Virus record (IMG/VR): IMGVR_UViG_3300037509_000106 | Location: 1-52,928 of that record | DNA length: 52,928 bases | Direction: 5' to 3' (one strand) | Source: a virus | Lineage: Duplodnaviria; Caudoviricetes | Position numbers and translations under genes: made by a program | In this document: one piece after another, positions 7,743 to 17,532 of the stretch | Layout: every line of letters begins with the position of its first letter | Position numbering within the stretch: the stretch's first letter is position 1 | The notes under the pieces: generated by a model | What the model saw: the letters and a program-made list of their open reading frames with translations, nothing else | Told to the model about the DNA's origin: nothing | The model's database searches: none

Positions 7743-10621
7743 ACGACCTTCGTGAAGGTCTCGGCCTTGCTTTCGGTGGAGAACCAGACGGTCGGCGCAG
7801 CCTCGCCCGTCTTGGTCAGGGAGATCTGCCAGCGGGTCTGGCCGTCGCTCATGCGGACGGGGTTGCCGAAGCTGGACTCGTCGCGCACGCTTATCGGGGC
7901 ACCGGTGGAATCTTTGAGGGAGTACTCGGCGCTGAGGGCGGCATCGCCCCGGCCCCGGTACTTGGCGTAAAGCTTTCCGGGTCCGGAATCGCCCGAGTCG
8001 TGCCGGAACCACACCATCAGGAGGTCTCCGTCCCCCTCCCCGATCTGGGGGTTGCGGCCGTCAGCCACCTTCGCGAACCCTCCGAAGGTCTTTCCGTCGT
8101 CGTCCGAATAGCATTGCCAAACCTCCCTCGTGCCCGGCGCGGGCACACGGCCTACCACCGCCCATAGGCGCTGCGTCGTCTTGTCCAGGGCGAACCGGAA
8201 CGCGTCGACGTCACCGTAGGTAGTCGCCTGGACGTCGCTGACCCAGCCGCCGACGGGGGAGCTCGATCCCGCGAGCTGGACCCGGGCGTTGCCCGACTGG
8301 ATGTAAGAGCGCACGAACCGCCCGTCCGCGGTTTGGGCCTCCCACGGCGAGCCGGCTATCGGCCTTGCCGCCAAGCTCGCGCGACGCCGCCGGCCGCTCG
8401 TGCCCGTCACGTCGCCGAGCGTCTCCCCGCCGGACTTGAGGGCGTACGCCTTGCCGTGCTTGAGCCAGGGCGCACCCGTCTGGTAGCTCATGTCGCTTAG
8501 CACCGTCGCGGTTCCGCCGGTATTGCCTTCATCGTCGATCGCGGTGGCGGTGCTCGAGGCATCCTCGGCGATGCCCCATGCCCGCCCCCTGAGGACTCCG
8601 AGGAACCGGTAGGGCGAAGCGATCGACGCGTCCCCGTAGCCGACGCCCGTTTGGGGTTCGCCCGCGCCCGGGTGCGGGTCGAACTCTTCGTAGGTCACCT
8701 GGGCGGGGATCACGATGGATCCCCCCGTCATCTCGCGGTTGCTGAAGTCGACCCATCGCTCGCCGTTCCAGGCGGCGCAGGGCCCGCCGAGCTCGCCTAC
8801 CACCACCGAGGTGTTGAGGATGTAGGGATAGCCGCTGTCGAGGAGCGTCGCCGACCAGCCCGGAATCCCGTTGACGTATGCTACGAACTGCTCCACGCCC
8901 ACTCCGGCGCCGTTGATCTGGGCAGGGAACTCCAACGACATCCGACCGTCCACGATCGCGCACATGCCCCGCCGCGCCGTCTGGACGCCCTTGTACGCTT
9001 CCTCCGGTCCGAATGAGGTGACGAACTCCAGCGCGGGCACGCGCTTGCGTTGGAGCCGGAAGCCGGAGATGGTGAAGACCGCCTCCCCGGCCACCGAGTC
9101 CGGCGTGACGTGGAAGGCGAGGGTCAGGCTCTCGGCGTAGTTGAGAGCGTCCGTGCGCTGGGCCGTGGGCAAGTAGCGGCCGGTGCCATCGGGGAACGTC
9201 ACCAAGTGGAGCGGCCAAGTGCCGTCGCGATCGCTGGCGCTTCGGGCGGTGTCCCAAATCACGTCCCCGTTCTCGTCGGGCACCGCCGCCCAGCTGTCCG
9301 CTCCGACCGTCAGCGTCACGGAGTCGACCTGACCCACCGAGGCCACGACGTTGGCCATGAAATACCGGTAACCCATCGTCACGAGCCCGGAGGGGTACTC
9401 GGCGAGGATGGTCCGGTCCGCCCCGGTGCTGGAGAGCTCCAGGTCCGGACCGTCGTACAGGATCCCCCCGTCGTCCCACTGGGCTGGCACCGCCGACACG
9501 TGGTCCTGGTGCGCGAGCTGCACGCACGGCCAGTAGAGCGCCCGGCCGAAGGGAGCCCCCGCCCCCTGGTCTCCTTGCGCGTTGTAGGTGGCCGAGTCGG
9601 GATAGGCGTACAGGTTGCCGCTCGTCACGTCGCCGTTCGGGAACCCGACGAGGTTGCTCGAGCACGCCCGCTGCAGTCCGCTGCCGCTCACGCCGCCGTT
9701 TCCGGCGAACGCCTTGGCCTTACCCTCGGCCGCCGAGCCCTCGAACCCCGTGGCGAAGACCTTGACGGTGCCGGGATAGCGTTGGTCGAAGCACCGGTAC
9801 TCGCCTTCGATCCCGATGACGCGGCGCGGCAGTTCCTCGCTAAATCGGAAGCCCGTGGTGGTCTGGGCGAGTCCGTAGGCGGTCGTGGTCGCGATCAGCG
9901 GCCCTGCCGTGCTCGAGCGGTTGAACCCGATCTTCTCGATCGCGTCGCTCTCACCGACGTAGCCGTAGACCGACCCCTCGCGCGAGAAGGGGTATCCGAA
10001 CGCCAGACCGTCCTGCGAGGGGGTCATGGAGGCCGAAGCGGTGCTCCGGATGGCGCGGGCGAAGGTCGTCGCCCCGTTGAAGCCGTACATGGCCGCGTTG
10101 AAGGGGACGAGGACCGATCCCGAGACTCCGCCGAAGGTGACCGTTAGCTCCGCGAGCGTGCCCGGCCGCCGGTTCTCCCAGAGCCTCAGCAGCGAGCGGT
10201 TCGTGCTGAAATTGGTCCCGAAGGAAACGAACTGCTCCACCGGGTAGCGGATGGTGAGCATGCCGTTCGGGTCGTACTCCCCCGGTGCGACGGTGGTCGG
10301 CGGGATCACCACGATCTGGGAGGGGTAACCCGGATCGTCGGGGAAGAAGGATGCGCTGAACTGGACGAACGGTTGAAAGTCGTCCACCCATCCCGGCGGC
10401 CTCACCCCCGAAGCGGGGTTCATGTTGATCCATTGGTAGCCCGCGCCCGCGCGGAAGCCCCGGATAGAGATCTGGGCCTCCCCACCCCGGTTGGTCTTGT
10501 CGTACACCCGGTCCTTCGTCACCGGGTCGGTCTCGCAGAACGAGTCCACCGCGAGGTTGAAGGGCAGGCGGAACACGAGGTCACGCTGTCGAGTGGTCGG
10601 TCCTTCGAATCCGGCTGGCAT
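7739..10621 (-). CDS. Large tail protein with C-terminal Asp-box/beta-propeller region
   Basis: 960 aa; Asp-box-like YSDDDGKTF and FSTESKAETF near the C-terminus; tail operon position. Confidence 0.75.
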   Translation of the reverse strand: MPAGFEGPTTRQRDLVFRLPFNLAVDSFCETDPVTKDRVYDKTNRGGEAQISIRGFRAGAGYQWINMNPASGVRPPGWVDDFQPFVQFSASFFPDDPGYPSQIVVIPPTTVAPGEYDPNGMLTIRYPVEQFVSFGTNFSTNRSLLRLWENRRPGTLAELTVTFGGVSGSVLVPFNAAMYGFNGATTFARAIRSTASASMTPSQDGLAFGYPFSREGSVYGYVGESDAIEKIGFNRSSTAGPLIATTTAYGLAQTTTGFRFSEELPRRVIGIEGEYRCFDQRYPGTVKVFATGFEGSAAEGKAKAFAGNGGVSGSGLQRACSSNLVGFPNGDVTSGNLYAYPDSATYNAQGDQGAGAPFGRALYWPCVQLAHQDHVSAVPAQWDDGGILYDGPDLELSSTGADRTILAEYPSGLVTMGYRYFMANVVASVGQVDSVTLTVGADSWAAVPDENGDVIWDTARSASDRDGTWPLHLVTFPDGTGRYLPTAQRTDALNYAESLTLAFHVTPDSVAGEAVFTISGFRLQRKRVPALEFVTSFGPEEAYKGVQTARRGMCAIVDGRMSLEFPAQINGAGVGVEQFVAYVNGIPGWSATLLDSGYPYILNTSVVVGELGGPCAAWNGERWVDFSNREMTGGSIVIPAQVTYEEFDPHPGAGEPQTGVGYGDASIASPYRFLGVLRGRAWGIAEDASSTATAIDDEGNTGGTATVLSDMSYQTGAPWLKHGKAYALKSGGETLGDVTGTSGRRRRASLAARPIAGSPWEAQTADGRFVRSYIQSGNARVQLAGSSSPVGGWVSDVQATTYGDVDAFRFALDKTTQRLWAVVGRVPAPGTREVWQCYSDDDGKTFGGFAKVADGRNPQIGEGDGDLLMVWFRHDSGDSGPGKLYAKYRGRGDAALSAEYSLKDSTGAPISVRDESSFGNPVRMSDGQTRWQISLTKTGEAAPTVWFSTESKAETFTKVV

Positions 10622-10688
10622 GGTGGCTAGGCTTTCCCGACAAAGAACGGTTCAGTCCGAGAAAAAGTGGAAAAATCCTTTAAAATAG

Positions 10689-10726
10689 ATACCGTTTCGG
10701 TATAAATTGTGATACCATGTTGGTAT
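10689..10726 (+). promoter_or_regulatory. higBA promoter with twin palindromic operators
   Basis: ATACCGTTTCGGTAT (10689-10703) and ATACCATGTTGGTAT (10712-10726); extended -10 TGaTACCAT 6 nt before the ATG. Confidence 0.8.
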
Positions 10727-11024
10727 GCGAACGTTGGCGATGAGGGCACTGAGAGAGTTCTGGCAGGCGGGTCACGCCGACGCCGAAAGGCCTCTCCGAG
10801 CCTGGTTCAGCCGCACCAACGCCGCCGAGTGGTCGAGCTTCGCGGACCTCCGCCAAGACTTCCAGTCAGCGGACCAGGTAGGAAACCACGTCGTCTTCAA
10901 CGTGGGCGGCAACAACTACCGGCTCGTCGCCAACGTCAACTACCAGTCGCACTACGTTCTGGTCCGGTGGATCGGCACTCACGCCGAGTACGACCGGATC
11001 AAGGGAGAAATCAAGAAATGGTAA
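10725..11024 (+). CDS. higB: HigB toxin (mRNA interferase)
   Basis: Motifs LREFW, WSSFADLRQDF, VFNVGGNNYRL, WIGTHAEYD. Confidence 0.95.
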   Translation: MRTLAMRALREFWQAGHADAERPLRAWFSRTNAAEWSSFADLRQDFQSADQVGNHVVFNVGGNNYRLVANVNYQSHYVLVRWIGTHAEYDRIKGEIKKW

Positions 11025-11404
11025 GCACGACCACGATCAAGCCCATCCGGACTGAGGACGACCTCACCGCCGCCCTGGAGAGGGTGGCGGCGATCTTCCA
11101 CGCGGAAGAGGGCACGCCGGAGGCCGACGAGCGCGACGTGCTCGCGGTGCTCATCCACGACTACGAGCTCAAGCACCACCCCATCGGACCGCCCGACCCC
11201 GTGACGGCGGTCAAGGAAGTGATGGCGGAGCGGAACCTGAGCCAGCGCGACCTCGCGCCCTACTTCGGAGGGCAAAGCCGCGTCTCTGACTTCCTCGCCG
11301 GCAAGCGCGGCCTCAGCGTGCGGACTATACGCCTGCTTCACGAGAACCTCCGGCTTCCGCTCGAGTGCCTTGTGCAAGAGCCCGGTAGTCCTGGCACCGA
11401 CTGA
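11018..11404 (+). CDS. higA: HigA antitoxin (XRE HTH)
   Basis: IKPIRTEDD...LIHDYE...PDPV...LSQRDLAPYFGGQSRVSDFLAGKRGLS; ATG at 11018 overlaps the higB end. Confidence 0.95.
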   Translation: MVSTTTIKPIRTEDDLTAALERVAAIFHAEEGTPEADERDVLAVLIHDYELKHHPIGPPDPVTAVKEVMAERNLSQRDLAPYFGGQSRVSDFLAGKRGLSVRTIRLLHENLRLPLECLVQEPGSPGTD

Positions 11405-11407
11405 GGA

Positions 11408-11632
11408 TCACCGCATCCACCCATCGCGCCTCAGGTTCGCCATCAGGTGCCGCCAGCAGCTGCACCAGAACCCTTCGCGCCGGAATCCGAAGCAGTGGTA
11501 GCACTGGCCGAAGGCAGGGGCGAAATCCTTCCCGCAGTGCGGGCACGGTTGGACGAGGGGCGATGGCTCGTCGGGAACCTCCCGCCACTCCGCGTCGATG
11601 TAGCCGGGGTCTCGGATGAGTCTGTTGTCCAA
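11408..11632 (-). CDS. Small zinc-ribbon protein
   Basis: CPHC...CYHC plus a CSC motif; TTG start. Confidence 0.55.
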   Translation of the reverse strand: MDNRLIRDPGYIDAEWREVPDEPSPLVQPCPHCGKDFAPAFGQCYHCFGFRREGFWCSCWRHLMANLRRDGWMR

Positions 11633-11851
11633 CAGAGGAATTACGGAAGGCGGCGCGGAGGGGTTGCCTGAACCAACTTATCCCCAACAACAATGGGGAA
11701 GGGCTGGCGTGGCACGAGACGAGGATCGAATAACTCCGTAACCCGGCCTCATCCCAGCCCGTCCGGCCCTCCCAGAGCCGTTTCACTCCACACCCAGCCT
11801 GGAAGGCGGGTGAGCCGGAAGGCTGCCGCATCGGGCAGTCTCGGCTTTGTC

Positions 11852-12118
11852 CTAGTCTTCAACGGTCGGGATGTGCGATCCGGTCTGCGAGAAGTGGACG
11901 ATGTCGAGGAGCAGGAGGGTGCTCTGCGAGACTTGTAAGGTCACGGCAGCGCTTCGGAGCGCCATTGCCAGCATCCCTGCCTCAGTTTGAGGCCCTCCAG
12001 GCTCTGTCGAACTAGCCAGCTTGTTAAGTGCCCGCTGGAGGTCGTGCGAGTGCTTGACGACCGCCTCGGCGACTTCTTCCTTGGTGTACTGCTTGCCTGG
12101 GGTGCTACTTTCGTCCAT
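11852..12118 (-). CDS. Hypothetical helical protein (88 aa)
   Basis: TAGGAT sits 6 nt upstream of the ATG; protein-like composition. Confidence 0.65.
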   Translation of the reverse strand: MDESSTPGKQYTKEEVAEAVVKHSHDLQRALNKLASSTEPGGPQTEAGMLAMALRSAAVTLQVSQSTLLLLDIVHFSQTGSHIPTVED

Positions 12119-12183
12119 CGACTGATCCTACTGGATTCAGTGAGGAGCCGGTGGACCATTGCCCGTGTTACAATGCCGCTGAG

Positions 12184-12720
12184 ATGAGGTCACCGGCCGC
12201 CGCACAGGCCACCAAACTTTGCCCTAGATGCGGGACGGCGGCCCCGGCCGCGTCAAGACGCTGCCCCTCGTGCGGTTTGCGCCCAAAGCTCTCGTCTAGC
12301 CCGATTTTCCGCGCGGCAGTGGTAGCCGTTTGCCTCCTCGGCGGATCGCTGGTTGTCGCCTACCTCCTCGCACCTAAAGCAACCGTCACTCTTTCCGAGT
12401 CCTACGGGTCGACCGAGTTTTACTTGCGCAATGATTCTAATTCGCCGCTTCAGGACATCCGCGTCTATGCCGTAGTCCTGACACCTGTGGCGAGCCACGG
12501 TTTTGAGACTGGCAACACCTCCTCCACTCGGCTCTTGGCTGTGAGTGTTGACCGGAGCTTTAACGATCGGCTCGCGCCTGGGCAGGAAACTCGATACCTC
12601 TTCCAGGCTTTGCGTCACGAGGACATCAAGGATGTCGAGGTGAGATGCCTGTACCGGGGACACCGGGAGGAAGCCCTCGTAAGAGTGCGGGTCGTGCCTG
12701 GTTACCGACCCAGCAACTAG
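12184..12720 (+). CDS. Zinc-ribbon + transmembrane + beta-rich extracytoplasmic domain protein (moron)
   Basis: CPRC...CPSC, then a hydrophobic helix; extended -10 TGtTACAAT upstream. Confidence 0.75.
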   Translation: MRSPAAAQATKLCPRCGTAAPAASRRCPSCGLRPKLSSSPIFRAAVVAVCLLGGSLVVAYLLAPKATVTLSESYGSTEFYLRNDSNSPLQDIRVYAVVLTPVASHGFETGNTSSTRLLAVSVDRSFNDRLAPGQETRYLFQALRHEDIKDVEVRCLYRGHREEALVRVRVVPGYRPSN

Positions 12721-12944
12721 CCCAGTTCATCGGGGCCTCCAAGTGGGGAGTAGCCCAACATGAATAGGAACGTCCCATCTGGCTTTTGGATCGGGTCGGT
12801 CGGTTGCTGTGGAAGTTTCAGAATTTCAGTGGCTGACAATCCCCACTTGGTCTGAGAAGTGTAAACACGGCGCTGGTTTGGCACCGCCTGCATTCCCAGC
12901 AGCATTTGGCGGTGTGCCCGCTTAAGGAGGGTGATCTTTCTCAA
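12717..12944 (-). CDS. Small tail-operon protein (75 aa)
   Basis: TTG start overlaps the TGA of the upstream tail gene. Confidence 0.55.
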   Translation of the reverse strand: MRKITLLKRAHRQMLLGMQAVPNQRRVYTSQTKWGLSATEILKLPQQPTDPIQKPDGTFLFMLGYSPLGGPDELG

Positions 12945-15610
12945 TCGGTTCTCCCCAGCGTGGGCAGCGAGTAGTCCTGAAGAGCTGGAACCTGAAAGAT
13001 CTCGTACGCCGCTGCCTGAATCCGGTCGCCGCCGGAGCGGCCACTGTAATCCGCGTTGCACGAGTCGACGATGTACTGTTCGCCGTTGAACAAAATGCCG
13101 TCGCCGAACATGAGAGGGCGGAGCCTCGCGGCGAGGGGGTCTGACTGGTCTTGGACGAGGACTAGTGGAGCCTCGAAAGTCTTCCTAAGTTGACCGTGTG
13201 CTGCCATATCATAGATCCGCCGCAGCGTGAAGTTGACGGCGTGAGGGGTGTTCAACCCGCCATCGGAATAGTAGAGGGGAAGGGCATAGCCGAGGTAATC
13301 AGGGGATTCCGGATCTGGAGGAACCGGCTGATCATCGAAGAGCCAGGCTGACTTCGGGTTGTAGGTCCACTGCGATAGTGCGACACTGTTATCGGAGCCG
13401 CTTTTAGAAAGACTTCCTCCCGGCGAACCAACTCCTGTGACGTACAAGATGTTGCACTCGGGCGGCACCGGTTCCTCAACCAAGGTCCCCTTTCGAATTG
13501 GAACCCGCTTCACGACCTGGCCGCCCGCGTCCGTCGTTGGATCGTAAGCGTTGAGGTTCATACCCTGTCGCAGGCCCGGGGCGGTCCAGGTCCTATCGGT
13601 CACGAACTCTGCCAGGTTCCGATAGGGTGGGCGGGGAGCGAGCTTAACACGCCACGCACCGAAGTCGCCCACGTTCTGGTCGAAGATCAGGTAGCCGCCG
13701 AGGTAGTCCCGTACTAGCTGGACGATAAGAGGCCCAAGTTCGGTGTATTGTTCAACGAGCAGCGAAGTCTTGCCGTCGGAAAAGAACCGAATCGGCATGT
13801 CCGGCACATCGACCATCTCCTCCGGGTATCCCGCGTCCCAAAGAAGCCTCCTAACGACGTCCGTCACCTTGTAGGGTGTCGGTTTCGCGAGCGCCGGATC
13901 GTTGTTGAACGCGATCAGCGCCGGGGCCTGCATCCTGGCCAGCTTCGCCCACTCGCCCGCACATCGCACGGTGAACTCCCGCCAGTTGGCGGAAGGGAAC
14001 TGGCGGGGGCGCATAAACGATCCCCCCACGTCCTCCGTCCGTGCGCTGCCCTTGCGCTTGCCGCGGGTCGTCACCGCGTAGCCTTGGAACAGGCGTGAAA
14101 CCTTCGTCGGGTCGGCTGGATCGTACCGGACCTCAACGCGAACGGGCTGCTTTCCCCGGGTGCGAAGAGACGTGAGCGACCCCTCCAAGTCCTCGATCGC
14201 GATCAGGCCCGATTCAGTCATCGGGTCGGGACCCGCTCCGGTGAACGAGAGCCCCGTCACGCGGATCGGCACGACCGGCTCCGGCGTGTACGCTTTGAGG
14301 GTAGCGTGCCGAATGACCCGCATCCGATGGACCGTGGGTGTCTTCTTTCCGTCGGCACTTGCGTGCAACGTGAAGACCGCGTAGAAGAAGCGATGCCGCG
14401 TAACAGGGAGGAACGATCGTGCTCCCGAAGTTAGGGTGGCCACGGTTGGGGAGTCATCAAGGACGAGCGCTGTACCATCCGCATCGTAGAGCGCGCAATC
14501 TACACTGGTGCCCTCAGGGATGTCGCCGTAGTACTCAAGCCTGATCGGCTCGTCGCCAGTGGGAGGGTGGGCCAGCCCAAAGTTTCCACTCTTGAGTGTG
14601 CCGCTGGGGAAATAGCGAGCAACGTGGAACTGGAAGATCGCTCGGACGTCTCGGCGAACATCGGCGCGGATGGGCTGGAGGGTCGGCGCGATCGACTTGT
14701 CGAACTGAGGGACGTGGTAGTACTGCCACCGCGGCCCGGTGGCGAACGAGGTAATGCCTCGAACAGCAGCCTCCAGGGCGTTGCCGACCGACCCGAACTC
14801 GAACATGATCTTCGAGCCGACCCACTTCCCACCCTCTTTGGTTGCGTCCGACGCGATCGTGATCGTATGGGCCTTACCGGCGACGTCCGAGGGCGCTGCC
14901 CACTGGAAGAGCTTACGGAACCGCCACGTGTTGTCCTTGAGGCGCTCGTACAGCTCAGCCGTTCCATCCCCGGAAAGGGCTAAGGAATAGGCTCCTACAC
15001 CCTTCTTGGCCGCCGTGTCCGTCGCCGTCGAACCGGGGATGCCGCTGAAGTAGATACGGATGATCCGCTGTACCGTCTTCAGCCCGTTCGCGGGCATGGG
15101 ATAGAGGGTGACCGTGATGGTCTGATACGGCTCGTGGATCTCCTTGGAGACCAGCACCCTGTCTAGGGGCACGGTATCGTTTGCCGAGTCCGGTTTCGTG
15201 AAGGCGGCCCCGTCAGCAAGCTCAGCGGCGAAGGTGGCACCGGCCGCGACGTTCTTCTGGAGGTGCTTGTCCCCTGCTGCCCGCTGGGAGCCGAGGGCCA
15301 CGCCCGTCAACTCGGTATTTGCGCGTTGAACGCTTACCTCGAGCAGACCGGTGGCCACCGTCGCGTTGCCGTTGGACGGCGTGATCGCAGAGGCGTCCGC
15401 CACGCTCTTTTCGTGCTTCTCGCTGGCGACTCGTTGGTAGCTCGCGAGCCGCCATCCGATGGTCGGGATCAGCTCCACGTGATCGGCAAAGTCCGGGCCT
15501 CCCGCGCTGATCATCTCGTCCTCGACTTCGAGGTAGTAGCGTGGCTCGACCGTCGAGTGCGTCGGGGCGTCGATGGTGACGACTGTTTTTCTTCCTGGGG
15601 TGACGCTCAT
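12941..15610 (-). CDS. Large tail tip / baseplate hub-like protein (889 aa)
   Basis: Follows the tape measure gene; ATG at 15610 preceded by an SD-like AAGGGA. Confidence 0.75.
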   Translation of the reverse strand: MSVTPGRKTVVTIDAPTHSTVEPRYYLEVEDEMISAGGPDFADHVELIPTIGWRLASYQRVASEKHEKSVADASAITPSNGNATVATGLLEVSVQRANTELTGVALGSQRAAGDKHLQKNVAAGATFAAELADGAAFTKPDSANDTVPLDRVLVSKEIHEPYQTITVTLYPMPANGLKTVQRIIRIYFSGIPGSTATDTAAKKGVGAYSLALSGDGTAELYERLKDNTWRFRKLFQWAAPSDVAGKAHTITIASDATKEGGKWVGSKIMFEFGSVGNALEAAVRGITSFATGPRWQYYHVPQFDKSIAPTLQPIRADVRRDVRAIFQFHVARYFPSGTLKSGNFGLAHPPTGDEPIRLEYYGDIPEGTSVDCALYDADGTALVLDDSPTVATLTSGARSFLPVTRHRFFYAVFTLHASADGKKTPTVHRMRVIRHATLKAYTPEPVVPIRVTGLSFTGAGPDPMTESGLIAIEDLEGSLTSLRTRGKQPVRVEVRYDPADPTKVSRLFQGYAVTTRGKRKGSARTEDVGGSFMRPRQFPSANWREFTVRCAGEWAKLARMQAPALIAFNNDPALAKPTPYKVTDVVRRLLWDAGYPEEMVDVPDMPIRFFSDGKTSLLVEQYTELGPLIVQLVRDYLGGYLIFDQNVGDFGAWRVKLAPRPPYRNLAEFVTDRTWTAPGLRQGMNLNAYDPTTDAGGQVVKRVPIRKGTLVEEPVPPECNILYVTGVGSPGGSLSKSGSDNSVALSQWTYNPKSAWLFDDQPVPPDPESPDYLGYALPLYYSDGGLNTPHAVNFTLRRIYDMAAHGQLRKTFEAPLVLVQDQSDPLAARLRPLMFGDGILFNGEQYIVDSCNADYSGRSGGDRIQAAAYEIFQVPALQDYSLPTLGRTD

Positions 15611-15691
15611 ATTTGTCCCTTGGTGACGCGACGAAGCACCGCGCCCTGAAACTGGCACGGTGCTGCGGAGGAGTGTGAGATTAGTCGGTGC

Positions 15692-17239
15692 CTAGAAAGC
15701 TCCCATCATCTGGGCTTGCCCACTAAGGGCGTCTTCCATCATCGCGTAGCGCCAACCCGCAGGCACTGCGCCTCTTGTACGTGAGCCGCCGCCGATCATC
15801 TCCGGGCCGCTCTTCAGGGTGCGTCCTGCATCCTTCAGTTCCTTCGCGGCTTCCTTCAGTTCCTTCGAGGGTGCCGAGCCGCCGACAAGTCTCTCTCCGA
15901 TGGCCTGCGACCCCTTCCTCATCCAGGTGCCCGGGTTCAAAGCCTGAGCCCAGTCGGTTGCCTCCATGCTGTTCACCGTCCGCATTACAGTGCCCGCGCC
16001 CGCCACAAACGGTCGGCTGGCGAACCGGACGAACTTGTCCCAATCGGAGGACAGCATCGTCTTTTCGGCTTCGTACTCGGCTGCAGCACGGCGCTCTGAC
16101 TTTGATCCGGCATCGCCCATGCTTCGAGTCAAGCGGTCCTTGGTGCCAGGGCTGAGGTCGCGCATCCAGAGCTCTCGCTCCATGCCGATGTCTCGGGCCA
16201 CCCGGATCGCTTGATCGTCGTCCTTGATCTTGTAGAGTTCGTCGATCGACCGCAGGTAGTTCTTCGTCTTGTCGATCGTCCGTCCACCAAAGTCGGTGAT
16301 GCCTCTACTTCTCATGTAGGCGGAGCCGTAGCTTCCCTGGTTGAGGCGTTCTGCTAACTCCAGCGCCCTTTGCGCAGGATCGACTCCGAGAAAGCGGCCG
16401 ATCGCCATCGCCTGGCCGGTTTCGCCCGGTGTGCCTCCTCCAGCCCAGTACGCGGACGCACCCGCCCGCATCGAGGCAACCCCTACCTCAGCGATCTTGT
16501 AGGCGGCAGCACCAGCCGCTACCGCTGCACCGCCGGCCAAGAGCAATGGCATCGCCGCACTGGCTACGGAAGCGACCATTGGGGCGAGCCTTGCGGCTTT
16601 CCCGGGGTCCAAGCCGAAGTCGGTCAGTTTGCCCTTGAGTTCGTCAGCGTTCGCAAGGCCAGCCGCGTGGAGCTTCCCAACGAGCGGGTAGAGCTGGCCA
16701 TTTCGACCGATCCGCGAGCTCATCAGAGCCTCCATGATCTTTTCCTGCTGGGTCTTCTCCTGGGGACCGTCCATGAACTTCTCGTCGCGCGCTTGGCGAG
16801 CACGGGCGCGCTCGAGAGCCACCTGTGCGTCTCGAATCTTCGCCGGATCGTTCGCCAGTTGGGCCATAAGCAGGCCTTGCTCAGCCTTTGCGACCTGGGC
16901 GTTAGCCCCGGCGATGTAGTTGAACCCCCCGTCTTGATTTCGTCTCCGATCCTCCTCACGTTTCGCGCGAACGTCTTCCCGCTCGCGCTGCTTCTGGATT
17001 CGTTGTTCCTCTTTGGCAGCCTCCCGGGATTCCCGCGCCTGGCGACGCTCTTCCTGGGCTGCGCGCTTCTCCTCGACCCGTCGCGCTCGCTCTTCTGCTT
17101 TCTCCTTTTGAGCCTGGTCCTTGGCCCGCTGGGCTACACCGGTAGCCTCCTTTTCGAGGGAGCCAATGCTTTGCTTCACCTCCGAGACCTTCATTCGGAC
17201 GGGGGCGATGTTCAGGTCCAGGGTGATCTCGTAAGCCAT
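15692..17239 (-). CDS. Tape measure protein (short, 515 aa)
   Basis: Helical, Ala/Gly-rich with a charged coiled coil; directly after the frameshifted chaperone. Confidence 0.8.
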   Translation of the reverse strand: MAYEITLDLNIAPVRMKVSEVKQSIGSLEKEATGVAQRAKDQAQKEKAEERARRVEEKRAAQEERRQARESREAAKEEQRIQKQREREDVRAKREEDRRRNQDGGFNYIAGANAQVAKAEQGLLMAQLANDPAKIRDAQVALERARARQARDEKFMDGPQEKTQQEKIMEALMSSRIGRNGQLYPLVGKLHAAGLANADELKGKLTDFGLDPGKAARLAPMVASVASAAMPLLLAGGAAVAAGAAAYKIAEVGVASMRAGASAYWAGGGTPGETGQAMAIGRFLGVDPAQRALELAERLNQGSYGSAYMRSRGITDFGGRTIDKTKNYLRSIDELYKIKDDDQAIRVARDIGMERELWMRDLSPGTKDRLTRSMGDAGSKSERRAAAEYEAEKTMLSSDWDKFVRFASRPFVAGAGTVMRTVNSMEATDWAQALNPGTWMRKGSQAIGERLVGGSAPSKELKEAAKELKDAGRTLKSGPEMIGGGSRTRGAVPAGWRYAMMEDALSGQAQMMGAF

Positions 17240-17532
17240 CAGAACACGATTCCAATCTCAAGAGCTTCGGCTAGTCCGTTGCCGGAAGAGTCGACTTCCT
17301 CATCACCGGAGTCGTACGGCTCCGTGAGAGCGATGTAGTCGGCGGTGAAGGCGTCGCCGATGGGGTAGGGGAGCGGGCCAGGGTCGTCGCCTGCCTTCGA
17401 TGCGAGAGACCGAAGGCAAGTGGCGATGTAGCGCAGGTGGGAAAGGGTGGAGAGGGTTACCTCCGGATGCGGTTGGTTCAGCTCGAGGGCCGCCCTGACC
17501 GCTACGCCGAAGGCTCCCTCGAACCTTTTCCC
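17239..17532 (-). CDS. Tail assembly chaperone GT extension (reached by -1 frameshift)
   Basis: Slippery G GGA AAA at 17532-17526. The -1 frame is open for 95 codons and ends in a TGA overlapping the tape measure ATG. Confidence 0.85.
   Translation of the reverse strand, partial: GKRFEGAFGVAVRAALELNQPHPEVTLSTLSHLRYIATCLRSLASKAGDDPGPLPYPIGDAFTADYIALTEPYDSGDEEVDSSGNGLAEALEIGIVF

Noticed and set aside
3544-10621. Diversity-generating retroelement or invertible tail-fibre cassette
   Set aside because: No reverse transcriptase, invertase or duplicated template/variable repeat was seen.
10709-11017. 231-aa ORF as an N-terminally extended HigA
   Set aside because: The extension overlaps higB in another frame; the HigA-like sequence begins at ATG 11018.
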